Assembly: GCA_051362555.1 (NCBI GenBank)
Contig: CM120641.1
Span: forward strand, 24,558,401 to 24,622,400
DNA from: Lingula anatina
Taxonomy: Eukaryota; Animalia; Brachiopoda
Direction: 5' to 3'
Length of the DNA stretch: 64,000 nucleotides
Shown: piece after piece, positions 25,638 through 39,029 of the stretch
Position numbering within the stretch: position 1 is the stretch's first letter
How the letters are laid out: each line of letters starts with the position of its first letter
Notes under the pieces: generated by a model
The model's database searches: none
What the model was told of the DNA's origin: nothing
Seen by the model: only the letters and a program-made list of their open reading frames with translations
Position numbers and translations under genes: made by a program

Positions 25638-28600
25638 TCAGGAGAGAGTTTTGGCTGCTGCCTGTATTGTGTAGACAATAACTGCTAGGTGTTTCTTCAC
25701 CTCCTCCCACTGTTCCTCTGGTCCGTTTTCATTCAGTCCATACATCAGGTCACTGAGACCAGGGAAAGAGCTGGCTGCGTATATGTTCTTACTGCTTGGC
25801 GCAAATATGATGTGCCTGCAATTAAGGGTTGTATTAGATATTTATACTTAGTTCAGCCCATTATGAAAATAGATAATTTTGGCAGGAAAATGTGTTCTTT
25901 AGTATAAGTTGCCTTTTTTTGCATTACTCACATCCAAACAACAACAGCAATTAATTTCTATTCTAGACAAGTGCTTTTTTGCAAGTTTTTCACCCTTTAT
26001 TTGGTACACCAGGAAGCAGTTCCATAAAATAATCAAATAACTTGGTCATAACTGAAACACATTTACAGGTCTTCAATAAATTTGCCATTTGCAATCTCGA
26101 GCCTCGAATTTGTTATATCGTGAATGCTCAAACCACAATATCATGGCGTGAACGTAAAATTACAAGCAATGTCACAAGTGGTCACAAGCAATTGCTACAA
26201 ACCATGAACTGTTTATGTGCTTATCCACTCATTTGGTACATGCCATATGTACTGAAGATTGTTGAGAGCCCATTACCCTTGTATCATATGCAGAATGAAT
26301 TGTTTATAGATAAAATAAAGAAAATTCATAAAAATAGCTATATATTTGTGAGTTGGTGGAAACAGTTGTTGAATTAAATTTTCTCATATCCTATTTACCA
26401 CTTTAAGAGCAGTATAAATTATGCACATTATAGGGTTACAGAATTAGGTGCTGTATACTCTAAAAGATTTTTTAATGGTTTTTCAAGTAGCAAGTTTCAT
26501 TTTTACTCAAAATGTCATTTTACTGACATAATTATCCGATTACATTGGCCTGCACCTACACTATTCTGGTCAATTCTATTTTGTGATGTTGCACTGGTTA
26601 ATGACTTGATGAGTAAAAATAAACTCACGTGGTATCAGGTGAGGAGAAGATGTCACTTTTATTGTCTCAGAATTTCCAAAAGCTGTAACATTCAGTTTCT
26701 TGTACGAGGTTCTTGCAAAAAAAAAAAAAAAAAACCAATAGAGAAGAAACCTGCATGGAAGTCGGCCAAATTGCTCATGCCCTTTGTTGTGATGCTAAGT
26801 TTGCACCATGAAATCAAGATTTGAGTTTTTAATTGGTATTTGTGCTCACGAATCCAAGGTTGAGGTCACAAATGGCAATTATTTCTTACAAGGCCTGATT
26901 TAGTCTCTTTAGAAATGATTTACTTTCTCATCTTATATCAAGTTCTCCATGAAACCCAGCCTCAGTCCTTGTGATACCAGGCAATCATAATGGTCACCCA
27001 GAACTGTGCCTGTCACCTGTATCTGTCACCTGTATATCTCACCTGAACAAAGGTCTACCTGGGAGACCCTGGGGGTCAATGAAAGCTCTCTCCAACATCA
27101 ACATTTGGTCATTGATCTCACGTATTGCAAGAGGACTAAAAATTAGGATAGTACATGTAATACTAACAATAATGAGACATGACATGACATGACATGACAT
27201 GACGACATGACATGACATGACATGACATGATATGATATGATATGATATGATATGATATGATATGATATGATATGATATGTTGTATTCATCCTACATAACT
27301 TGTGCACTCCAAAACACCACCAGATCTATACACTATACTGGAGGCCAACTGAGTGATAAAATTAATTCTTTATACCAAAATTCTTGATGGACACAGTAGA
27401 AAAAGGAAAAAAAACATCAGGACTTATACGGTTTATCTGTGAATATTCAGTGAAAATCAATTTGTGGCTCTTGTATACCAAATATATGCTACTTAATTAG
27501 TTTGGCACTAGTGGATCCAGGATAGGAAAAAGGGAGATGGGGGCAAAAATGTCCTCATTTATATAATCCCATGCTCTTGTTCCCTTTCCCCCTTTCTCTG
27601 TATATAATAAAAAGACCTACTTGTTTTTGTCCACATTTTCAACCTTCTTTGAGAATTCATTTGCAGCACTTGTGAAGTTTTTTACTGCAGAATATAAACC
27701 ATCTAAGACAAAAAGAAAAAAAAAGAGAGGATGTCAAATTCATCAATATGTATAGATAGTATCAGATTCTTGTTTGTATATCCATAATAAGGTAAAAAAA
27801 CATCAAATGTCATCAACTATATTCTGTCACAGCTTATACAAAAGTATTTAGACTTATATCAAATAATCAAAGGAAAAGAAAAGAATATATAGCATACAAA
27901 ATATAAACAGATTATTTGACAGAGAATAGGAATCATACCTTAAATCTAATAGCATTAACAGTGTTGATTCCCTGCACACATATGCATGTACCATATATTC
28001 ACTACTTCAGAAACTTTCAAATGACTTTTTCACAAGTACATGTATTTGCTAGTACTGCTTATATCCTGTTACTCTATAAACTCACCAAAACTTATCCCAT
28101 CTTTCTTTGCAAAAATTCCTCGAAAACTTGAAAAAGAAGCATTGGCGAATGTTTCTATAGCTGAAGCATAATCTGCAGGGTTCATAGGCAGCAGCAGGGA
28201 GTCTGCCAAGTTTCGTGCCAGTTCCGCCAAGACCTGTGCCACTGCTTTATGGCAGGTGAAATCTGGGTCAATAAACTTCTCCATGATTTCGAATGTCTCA
28301 TACACCGAATGATATACAGGGTAAGAAGATATTTTCCATGCACTCTGAAACAGATAAATACAAATTGTGAAAAAAATTAATGAAATTAACACTATCTGTT
28401 GCCAGTTGATTACAGTTTTCTTTATTAAAAACAATTCAAAAGAATATTATCAAATTCAAACAAGGCAGCAAATCTGTCAAATGTACAGACAAAAAGCAGA
28501 AAATTATGATGTACAAAATAGGTTACCGTCAATTCTGATGCAATAATACATGATGCCTAATAGCAGAGACAACACCAAATTTTAACTATGGACAACAGGT

Positions 28601-31600
28601 AATACGTACAGCTGTAAGTAAAATATGTAACTAGCATAAGGCTTAAGGCCCATGAGAGTTCAAGATCACACTTTGAAAATGCTGGATGGGGAAATGAAAA
28701 ATTCACAAATAATTGCATTAATTCAAGAAAAAATGATAATGCTATCAAGCTGGTTTTCCAATTTGAGCCGCATGTCAATCCTAAGAATCATTCTTGTAAG
28801 TTATAAAGTAATAAGTAAAACAGTTTATTTTTCATAACATTTGTGGTGGCAGTACAAATTTGTGCAAATTTTGATGCAATATTAATAATGATTAACAGCA
28901 AAATCAACACCAATTGTTATTTTCTACTGCACAAAACATGGACATTTAGAAAATTTTATTACCATTTGGCTTCATGCCCATGGGAGTTCTACTTCCCACA
29001 TTGAAAATGCAAATATGTGAAAAAAAAACTGCAATGCTTCCAGAAAAGAAAGTAATCAGACTGGTTTTTTAACATAAGCAATGTAGATTCATTATTCCAG
29101 GTAATTTTATTAGAGATGACAATGTTGTAGTATTTATACAACTTATACAACTGATAGAGACAGAGATTACAAAGTTTCAATCTTTTCACCAACTTTTGTA
29201 TGTTTGTAATATGAGTACTCACAGTGTAGGTATATGTTTGATCTGTAACAGGGATTCCAACATGCTGGATGAAGGGGGTGAAGTCACTGCCAGCACCAAG
29301 AACATTTACCCTAATACACATGAAAATGCAGTAAGCAAAATGCAAATCCAGGCAGATTAGCAATCCACCAAGGCAAATAAAATACCAAACTGCTTTCAAA
29401 TAAGAGTGACATATTATCAATTTATCTGTTTAAACATAATCTGTTTTTATTCAATTGCCTCTTTGCATTGTGTAAGATTTGCTTAACAAATACTAATACA
29501 GTTATGTCTGTATCATATTAATCATAAATCTGTAATTTTTCAGTAACAATGTAAGCAGTTTGTTTTTCATGATTTCAAATATCTTCACTGAAAATATAAT
29601 ACTAGCATATCACCTTGGCTCATTTAATGTGCCTCCAGCTGGATCATATTTTGCCCAAGTGTCATGTACTGTAATATCAGCATTGTGTGGGTCTTTGACC
29701 TGAAATTTAGAGTTCATGAAAAATAATTCAATCAGTTCATCACATATAACAGATTTTGACAAAGCAATATTTGTACTAAACCTATATAAGAGCAAGTTAA
29801 ATATGATGGACGTTAGAGTTATGTGGACTAGCTAAAAGATTAAACAAGATCTATAATATCTTTTTCTATCACAAGTCATTCTCACAATTCAATGAGACAC
29901 TTGCAACTGAACAAGTACATAATTATACGGTTATACAATCAAAATACCTTCTTTGTGGCAGACAACATTGCCTCCTTCAAAAGTGGGGAGGCCCTTCCTC
30001 TAAAAGAATAATTTCCTGCAAACAAATAAATGGAATTTGAATTTAATAAACATGTATCCAAGACATAATTAAATTCAACTTATAGCATTATAATTCAATT
30101 AACAGATCTGCATTGTGTGAGTTTCTGGTAGATTTTAGTATCACAAAAGAGCTAAAGACCCAGAGTTGATCTTCATTTTAAAACTGAAAATATTTGTCTA
30201 CCTCAAGATAAAAATTAGAAGTAAAGAAAGTAGCTGGTGGTCTAAAACATCTGATATCTTGGTAAACTGCCTAAAACTGAAATACAAGATTTAAAAATTC
30301 ATCCAAATCCAATCTCCTCTATTTCTGCATAGTAGTTGCAAGATCACTCCAGGAAACTAATCTCTATCATCTCTGAAAATGAAAAAGCCATGCTGATAGT
30401 GAAAGTTTCCAATATTATCTGTAACTCAAGTTGACTCTGAAGAAACAAGGTATGTCAAAGTCATACTTTGACACAAACACTAACATGTGGCTGCACAGCA
30501 GGTCATAGTTTCAGTAAGTCACAGCTACCTGGACACAAACTCACCTTTGACAACAGTGTCATAGTTTCAGTAAGTCACAACTACCTGGACACAAACACTC
30601 ACATGTCACAGCGAGTCATAGTATAAGGTAAGCTACAGGTGCCTGGACACAAACACTCACCTCTGACAGCAGTGTCACAGTTTAAGTAAGCCACAGCTTG
30701 AGTCAGCAGTGATTTCATGTTTTCCTGAAACAACAAAATGAAGAATTATAATGACAGAAAAAATAATAAAAGGAAAAAAAGGAAGAATTTAAGTCTTACA
30801 TTGGTAATGTTCACTTTCCTTGCATGATTTTTCTCTTCAGTTTTCAGTTTCTCTTCAATATTTACTAATCATACCTTGACTCCAGATCTTTTTCAATTTT
30901 TGTGGGGAATCTTTTTATAAAATACTGTAGAATAAAAGTACACATTTTATCAAAATTCTGAAGGGTTTTTATATATACTTAGGAAAAAAGAAATTTTGTA
31001 ACATCTAATTTCTATTTTAGAAAACTTCACAGACCTCTACCCATTCTGTAGAACCTGGATATCCATATTCCTCTGCACCCCAGCTGCAAAACTTCAGGGT
31101 CCGTCTGGGAGACCAACCTTGAATATACAGATACCATTTTGTTAGTGCATATCCCTTTGCCAAGACCTTGCGTTTTAATAACCATTACAAATAAACTGTA
31201 CATATCCTGTGTTGCCAAATGTATGTAATTGAACATTTTATTATTTATTTTCTAGGATAAAAATTATAAATCGCAGCATTATGTGTGAGCATTAAATGCC
31301 AATGAAATGTGCTGCACATAGTATGTAATTGAATTCTGTGGAAGAGAAATATTAATCACTACACATATTACCAGCCTTCTTGAGCTTGCCGAATGCTCTG
31401 GTGACCTCCAACATAGTTGCTGTTCCACTGGAGGGGTCTAACGCTCCAAACACCCAGGCATCTCTGTGATTGCCAACTAGAACATGCCTGTCTGGAAGAT
31501 TCAAGGGACTGGGGTTATTATTCACAAACCATTTATAGATATCCCTTTTCTATCAAGCATCTTTTAGATCTGAATCTACAACTGGATATATAACAAATAA

Positions 31601-34600
31601 ATGGTAATTATTAGGGTGATAATTCCTAATGGTATGGATATAAAACATTGTGAATAATGATAAGGATATGTCAAAACATTGTGAATAATGATAAGGATAT
31701 GTCAAAGTTAAGAAAGAATAAAATTCAAGCATATTGGTATCACCATGCAAGAAGACAATAAAGATTTCTCCTAGACAGATAAATTGCAATTATCTTTAGA
31801 AAAAATCCCAACAGGGAACTAGTTATCTGCCTGAACTTGAATCTTAGCTATGTGACACACCCACAAACATGCATATGTGCATAAACCCACATGCACGCAT
31901 GCATTTATGCACATAAGCATGCAAACATGCATGCACACACACCATATGTACCTGGTTCTACCTTTCCTTTGATGGTACCAATGACATTATAGGTCATCCT
32001 TCTAACATTATAGTTGTGCACTTCCAATTTGACATTTCTGAAAATAAGAAAAAAAATCAGTATATATTTGGCAAATATGAAACTTTTAAATTTCAGCTCT
32101 GTATAATCACTATTTTATACAAATTGTCACAAGTGAATCCAAATATCTATTAATAAGTGCCAGTTTTGGACACCAGTTCATAATTTCAATATAAAGGCTC
32201 TTAGACTACAACAAGTTTTGATTGTTTATAGGCCAGGACTTTTAACACTAGCCTGTTTAAAACTCAAATTTTTTATATATCTGTATGTTGCATGCAGTCA
32301 TTCATAAAATGCCCTTGGGCCAATATCAGAATATTCAGGATATATTCATAGTTGACTTCTCAAATTAACCATTCTAACTTGAGTCAAAAATGCTTCACGA
32401 CCACTAAAACTGCCAAACTACATGTAGGTACTATAGTTTATCTGCAAACATGATTAACTAGAATGCAAAGCATCAAATTTTAAATTTGTTCAGCTAACTT
32501 TTATTCTAAAATGTATTCAAATTAGAAAAGCACTCGGTGAGCGCAACCTCGACCAAGTCAAATAATGAACTAATAAATAACCATTTCTTAATTAATTAAT
32601 TGATGAATTAGTTAATTAATCATCACCAAAATCTAAACTTTTCTTCCTTGGTTAATTTGTGACCTATCCAGAAAATTTAATTAAAATCTATACATAATAA
32701 TTAATTAATTAATCGATAAATAACTTTAAACATAGGTTCATTTTATCATGCAGTTACTCAGTAGCAGTAAAAAACAAATCAGAGATAACCCTATTTCGGC
32801 AGGACACATGCATCTGCACTTGGTGGCTATATATGATTCTAGGACAATCCAACCCCCCCCCCCTCCAATCAATGCTCCCTGGACAATCCCCTCCCCCCAG
32901 ACAATTCCCCCAGGACAACCCCCACCCCCAACGAATACATACATTTATACACAAATAAAAAGTAAATAGTGTAAAGTTCAAAACATTTCATCCATTTCAT
33001 TAATATTGTTAGTGTGATAATACAAATTTATCATTAAACAATTTTTATAACAAATTCCTTTTTCATTGAGTGCAAGTACAGAAAGTATTATTAAATATCT
33101 ATTCAAAGTATAACCACCTATCCTCCAGGTAAAGGTGGGGTAAACAGATGAACAGGTAAATATATTTTATGAATATTTTAGTGTGGTGGGTAGTGGGTAT
33201 AGGTTGGTAGTATTCAAGCAATTAAAAGTGATAGATAGTCAAAGGGATTCCTGGATAAGGGAAAAAATCTGTTTACTCCACCCATCTTGATTAAAGGCTT
33301 ACTTAATCAAGGGGGGAGTAATGAAGCAATTAAAAGTAACAGCTAATTCATCAATGGGTTGCCTGGATGTGTGAGATCATCTGTTTACCACGTCTTTACC
33401 TGGAGATATACTCAGTACTTTGATCAGATTTTTAATAAAATTTTCTGTTCTTCAATTTCTAAAATTTTTTTGTACTTGTACTCCATGAAAATAATTTGTT
33501 TAATGAAATTAATATGCTCTATCCTCAAGTTGCATCATCAAACTAGGAAATATTCATAAAATGGATGAAAAGATTTGAACTTTATACTCTTTACTTTATA
33601 TTTGTGCATAAATATATATTCTTCGGGGGAGAATTGTCCAGGGGGAATTGTCCAGGGGGGGGGGATTGTCCTGATAACCCATTTATATGCACAGCTAAGA
33701 GCCTGCATAGATAGGATATTTGCCTTGTCAACCCTAGTATCAATGGTTACTGGAAACTGCAGAGGAATGCTGATAGTGGAGGTTAGTTTCCAGTAAATCT
33801 TGCCACTCAGGTAGGGGGAGGGTGTAAGAAGAGAAATTTCACCCAGAAATACATTTTAACTTCTTTTCATCAAATTCAAATCCATGGTAAAGCAAAAATC
33901 TTACAGATTCTGAAATTTTGATCCAGATTTGAAGCCAGGTCCCAAACTGTAGGCAACATTATGCAAAGTTCCTCTCCAATCCTCTGGAGAAACAGAGTCT
34001 GCAAGTTCCCTAAAAATAAAATGTTCTCAAAATCAACATTGTATATTAATCTTTTGTATATGTAAATTTACAACACAGAGATATGCTACTATTGCTGATG
34101 AAAGTATTGCTAACATTCGCACAATCTTAATTGTCTATTCATGTGAAAAAGTACTCTACCCATTGCTGGGGAGCTTATAATAAGAAGACTTATTCAAACA
34201 GCTTCAACCATTGTTTATTTCCATCACAATGGAGGAAGCCATTTGAATATATTTTCTTGTCTTACACACACGCACGCATGCACACATGTACGCACACATA
34301 CACACACACACATGTTGAATGTTGATGCCCTCCCCTAAAAAAAATTCACATTAAAAAGGGTATTTCTTTTACAATTCTTCATAGAAAAAAAAAGCAAAAT
34401 TATTTCCAGACCTCAGAAGAACTTTTGCATCATCATAACCAATGGGTTGACATGGGATCTGTGGCAACTGTGCCTTAAGGACTTTGTCCTGAGACCTGTA
34501 AGCCCATTCTGAAATTGTAACATATACTATGAGTCATCACAAAAATCAAGTTTCATTGGTGACATAAATGACTGAGTAAAAACCAGGGCCTTCATATTTG

Positions 34601-34839
34601 TATTTTGGGTCCAAAATAAAATGTGTGCATATTACTTAATTATCAATCATTAATAAGTTGTTATCAAAATATCAGTGTAAAGTGTTCATATTCATGGGGG
34701 CAGCACCATGTGTGCTCATACAGCTCCTAAAAGTCAGCCTGTGTTCTAGGCTTTGTAGGTTGGTAATCTCAGAAATTCAGAGTGGCACCTGCAGAACCAC
34801 TTGTCAATGACTGTGTACAAGCACCTGTGTCCAATTACC

Positions 34840-34870
<31 letters not shown>

Positions 34871-37800
34871 ACATCTGACCTGTAGCTGGGTAGCCCTGTG
34901 TCAGCTGGTCACCTTTTGTCATGACTACATTGCCTCTCTGTGCCCCTGTCCCTGGTAACCACCATGAGTCTGGATACACCTTATCCACTCCACTGATGGC
35001 ATAGTCTGCTGGGTCAGAATACAGTATCAGCCCCTTGGCTCCAAATTTGTGTGCTGCTTTTAGCTACAACATTGAAGGGAATGGTAAGGGGATTATCTCT
35101 ATAAGAATTGCCAAAACTGTAGCAGATTTATCAAAATATCTATATTCTAGCTACAATGTAGGACTTCTTGTTACATAATGTTGTAAATTTATTTGATTTA
35201 CTTAGTATTTCTGAAACATGCCAGCAAAAACTGTGTACATACAAACAATTAACCTATCACAATTTGAATACACCAGTAATAAGAAAATCTTATCTTTTTT
35301 CAAACTTGACATTCAATTTTGGTCCATAAGTAAAAAAAGGTAGGATTAAAAATGCAATGGCAATAATTTTTTCCCAGCAAAAACATAAGGTGTAAGGAAT
35401 ACTCACCTTGTCCCCTCGAAAAATTTTGCCATATCTTGCTATTGCAATTTTGTCTGTAACATTTATTCCTAGGTCTTGTGTCAACTGCTCAAAGTCTTGC
35501 TCTCTGCCATAGTTCACATACACTAAATCACCCTGATTGACAATTAATAGGGATCATTTAAATGTCATGAATGGATTCTCTACATATGTATGTGTTTTAA
35601 GTTTCAAGATTCAAATAATGAAGACTGTTACATACATACATATATGTGAGATTGTGTGTTACTACTGAAGAATTAATGAGACATTTACAATTCCTGTTCG
35701 GATTTTACTCTTAAAAAACAGATGATATATAATACCACAAGTATTAAAAAAAAAAACAATACAACAAAGTTTTAGGAGGCACCATATTGTTTTATGTCTC
35801 CTTGATCTAAGCTGATGTAAGAAATAGGATCCATCCTTTAAAAGAATGGAACAAACTCAAGTGTGATAACGTTGGATGCAGCATTGAATCCGAGGCTAAA
35901 GCAAAATGTTGAGAAATTGTGTAGCATCGAATCCGAGGCTACAAGCAAATTTGTGAAGTATTAGACCGTCGCCATAAAAAAACCTTTGACTACGCCAAAC
36001 TTCCCTTTTCTTTTATCATATTTGACAATGACTACATCTTTTGTTAAGTTAAAACTAATAGATTTTCAAAGACAACACTTTACATTAAATATCAAACCCA
36101 ATGGTCAGTGGTCAAGGTAAATAATCCATGCTAAAATACAAAACTCAGCAATTTAAGAAGAGAGAGTAATTAAACTCTGCATGTTTACTTACTTGGTTTT
36201 GCACAAAAGATGGCCTTCACGACAAAGCATGTTCCTCTATGTTGGGGAACACAATGTTATTTTACAACAACTTAAGTTGTGCACAACTAAGACAATTAAC
36301 ATGTGCAACAAAGACAATCAACATGTACAATTAACACAATCAACATTGACAACTAACACAATTAGCGTGGATGACTTACATAATTAGCATGTACAACTAA
36401 TACAATCAACATGGACAAATTACACAATCAGCACGGGCAACTAACACAATCAGCATGTACAGTTAAGGTCAGCACTAGATCATATACGGCAGCGGGACGG
36501 AAGTGAGTAATCCAACATGGCGGTCCCTAGCGACGAGATGCTAAGGCTGATAGTCGAATGTTTGTAGTGCCGATCAAAACACAGTTCAATTGTTTTTTTT
36601 TTAATCGTTTAATAACTAGGAATATAGCATATAATTTTTATTTACTTTTTAATCTATCTTTTTATTTTTTAATCGTATTATACCTAGGATTTTGTAAACT
36701 TTGCGATTTGAATAAAGTAGATGAGTTCCACCTCCTGCTAGAGTGCAAAGCATATGATTCAATACATGATTCCTTCAGAGGGCAGCTGTCAGAGTTCCTA
36801 CCCCTAGCGACTTCAGCTTTAATGAACTGTATAATTTTCTTATGGGTGCTCAAGACTTAAATATTCTTAGAATGGTTATGCCTTTTCTTAATAGATGCTT
36901 CCAACAAAGGGAACAAACCCTCTCTTATACATTGTACTCTTTTCAGTGTTTGTATTTAAATTCACTTTATAAACTCATTTATTAGTATTATTATACATTT
37001 ATCTAATTGGGTCTAAATGCGTTTCCACGTCCTGCAAATTTACGTATCTATAGCTGGAGTTGTCTGTTTTACCTCTATAATTGTACTTCGGCCCATTTTT
37101 AAACACATATTCATCTATATCGCATCAAAATCATGTATATTTATTCATTTACTTGTTTGTACTCTGCTATAGTTAGATGTACTAGCTGTCTTTGATTGAA
37201 CCTTATTTGTGAAGGTGTATCAATAAAGAATCCCCAGGGATATAGCATACATGTATATTTTCCTAGATATTTTGCTGTAAAACTACATCCTATAAATGTC
37301 TCGGCGGCGCCACTCGGAACTACTCGGATGTCTCCGCACTCGACAATAAGTATGGTTAGTATGGAGCTTGCGGAATGAGCCGAGGATTGCAGATTGTGGC
37401 AGCGCTGGGGGCCGCCATGTTGGATTACCCACTTCCGTCCCGCTGCCGTATATGATCTAGTGCTGACCGTACAGTTAATACAATCAACATGGTGAAATAA
37501 CACAATCAGTAGGGGCAACTAACACAATCAGCATAAATAACCACCACAATCAGCATGGACAACTTGCAGCAGTAAAAGCAACATGTACACCCCACCTCCA
37601 CTGTCCCAGCAGGAGCAAAAGCATTGAAAGGTGGCAGCACTCCTGTCTGGTTCTGGTCTGGGTTCAGTATCTTCTCTGTGGCAGCACTGGCAAACTCTAC
37701 CTTGCCAGAGGTAGAGTTCACTACAGACACCTGAGAAAAATAGTAATCAATCATCACCATAAGGTTTAGATGGACATTTTCAATAAAATGATAACACAGT

Positions 37801-39029
37801 TACTGTGTAACCTCAATAACATAAGACGGCATTGCACTGTTGCAATGCATTACATGGTATTACATACATTAATCTATAAGTACAGTATAAAATCGTAATG
37901 TATCACAAGAAGAACACTGATTATTAAAATCATTTTCAACCTTCTCACCATGTTTGGCTTAGATATATTGGGATATGAAAGGAGAACATCATAACCCACA
38001 ATCTCAGCCTCCAGACCTTGCTCTAACCACAGTTTGCGTATATACTCTGCCTGCTCCCAGTCTGCCGCAGTCCCAGCAACATGAGGTTTGGTGGTCAGGT
38101 ATCTGGAAGGTACCACAAAATACAAAGATTGTTGACTAGACTACCCCCCCCCCCCCCCCCCCCCCCCCACTGTTGGCAAACCTCTAGTTGTTGTTTCCAG
38201 TGACACTTTGAGTTTCAGAAATTATATTGAAGACTTACCTTTACTAAATATATGCCATTTGATGATAAAGTGTAGGCTATGTACATCAGGATTAATTCTT
38301 ATCTTAAGTCACAAGAGCTTATTCAGACTATGCATACCAGAATGTGCTACACTTAACCACAGGCAAAAATAAATACTGTTCAACAAACAATTATTAGGTT
38401 TTAAGTTATTTTGCCAATAAATACACTTTTTTCTAAATAAGTCGTCATAAAAATCATGAAATTCAATTAATGACAACAGTGGCACATGATGCAATTCATA
38501 ATTAAAATGTTATGAATTAAATCTATTTTTGTTTTTTATTAAAATAGAAATATTTTTGTTAACGCTCAGGTCGATAGGCAGGGTACCCTGAGGTTTGGGG
38601 AGGGGGAGAACAGCTCTTTTGGATGGAAGAGTCTACTCAATATCAAAATTTGATCTAATATCTATGCCATTTCTCATGCAGTTGTGCCAACAATGGAGAT
38701 AAAAAAGTACTCTGCATTTGAAATTTTAACTACAGCTAAGCCTGATGCTTCTCATCAGTAACACTCCTCTCAATTAAATTACAAAGTTGCTAAAACTTCA
38801 AACCTGTACTCCGCATTTACCTAAGATTATCTCTGATGTTATTGGCATCTATTTCATTGATCAGTTTGCTGCTTATGCTGGGATCAGCCTCAGCAACCAA
38901 TTGGCGTGCTACCTGGGAAACTTGGTCTCCATTCTGACGAGCAAGAAAACCAATCACAAGCCCTATTGCGAGGCAAACAGCCCCAGTTACAATCACAATT
39001 AAAGACACAACCCGACCTTTCACAGCCAT
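25638..39029 (-). CDS. NAALAD2: Glutamate carboxypeptidase II / NAALADase-like type II membrane peptidase (M28B), 18 coding exons, 738 aa; symbol is family-level, orthology not established
   Basis: Exons: 39029-38821, 38102-37949, 37730-37596, 35532-35407, 35063-34880, 34508-34412, 34009-33905, 32037-31952, 31491-31372, 31117-31035, 30724-30661, 30015-29948, 29699-29614, 29310-29223, 28344-28086, 27702-27621, 27135-27043, 25815-25638. All introns are GT-AG, phases are consistent and the total is 2217 nt. Motifs: N-terminal TM helix, [87 protein letters not shown]. Confidence 0.95.
27176..27279. repeat. Compound (GACAT)n(GATAT)n microsatellite
   Basis: Read directly; the unit switches by one substitution midway. 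Confidence 0.95.
30470..30698. repeat. Four tandem copies (56-62 bp) of the exon 11 3' end plus splice donor
   Basis: GACACAAAC recurs at 30470, 30532, 30588 and 30646; the last unit runs into the true exon. Confidence 0.9.
32522..32830 (+). mobile_element. Possible Helentron-associated non-autonomous element (HINE) relic
   Basis: Starts TAGAAAAGCACTCGGTGAGCGCAACCTCGACCAAG, resembling recalled HINE 5' ends. The 3' end is not clearly defined. Confidence 0.4.
32841..33672. mobile_element. Foldback element with about 310-bp inverted arms
   Basis: GGACAATCCCC-type repeats mirror GGGGATTGTCC. Arms 32841-33150 and 33376-33672 match in order, e.g. TCCAGGTAAAG..GGTAAACAGATGA against TCATCTGTTTACC..CTTTACCTGGA. 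Confidence 0.8.
36280..37590. repeat. 22-bp minisatellite interrupted by the MULE (arrays at about 36280-36466 and 37469-37590)
   Basis: Unit approximately CAACTAACACAATCAGCATGTA on both sides of the insertion. Confidence 0.85.
36467..37468. mobile_element. Non-autonomous Mutator-like (MULE) element in intron 3 of the NAALADase gene
   Basis: TIRs of about 60 bp (GGTCAGCACTAGATCATATACGGCAGCGGGACGGAAGTGAGTAATCCAACATGGCGG and its near-perfect reverse complement). There is an exact 10-bp TSD, GTACAGTTAA, at 36457-36466 and 37469-37478. Confidence 0.85.

Noticed and set aside
30470-30698. CRISPR-like repeat-spacer appearance
   Set aside because: The intervening segments are homologous to each other and to the exon; the context is eukaryotic and there are no cas genes.
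32738-32981. Gly- or Pro-rich ORFs
   Set aside because: They derive from the C/G-rich terminal repeats of the foldback element.
35880-35950. Direct repeat GCAT(T/C)GAATCCGAGGCTA..GCAAA, two copies
   Set aside because: Probably a transposon fragment, but there are no boundaries or TSD to support a call.
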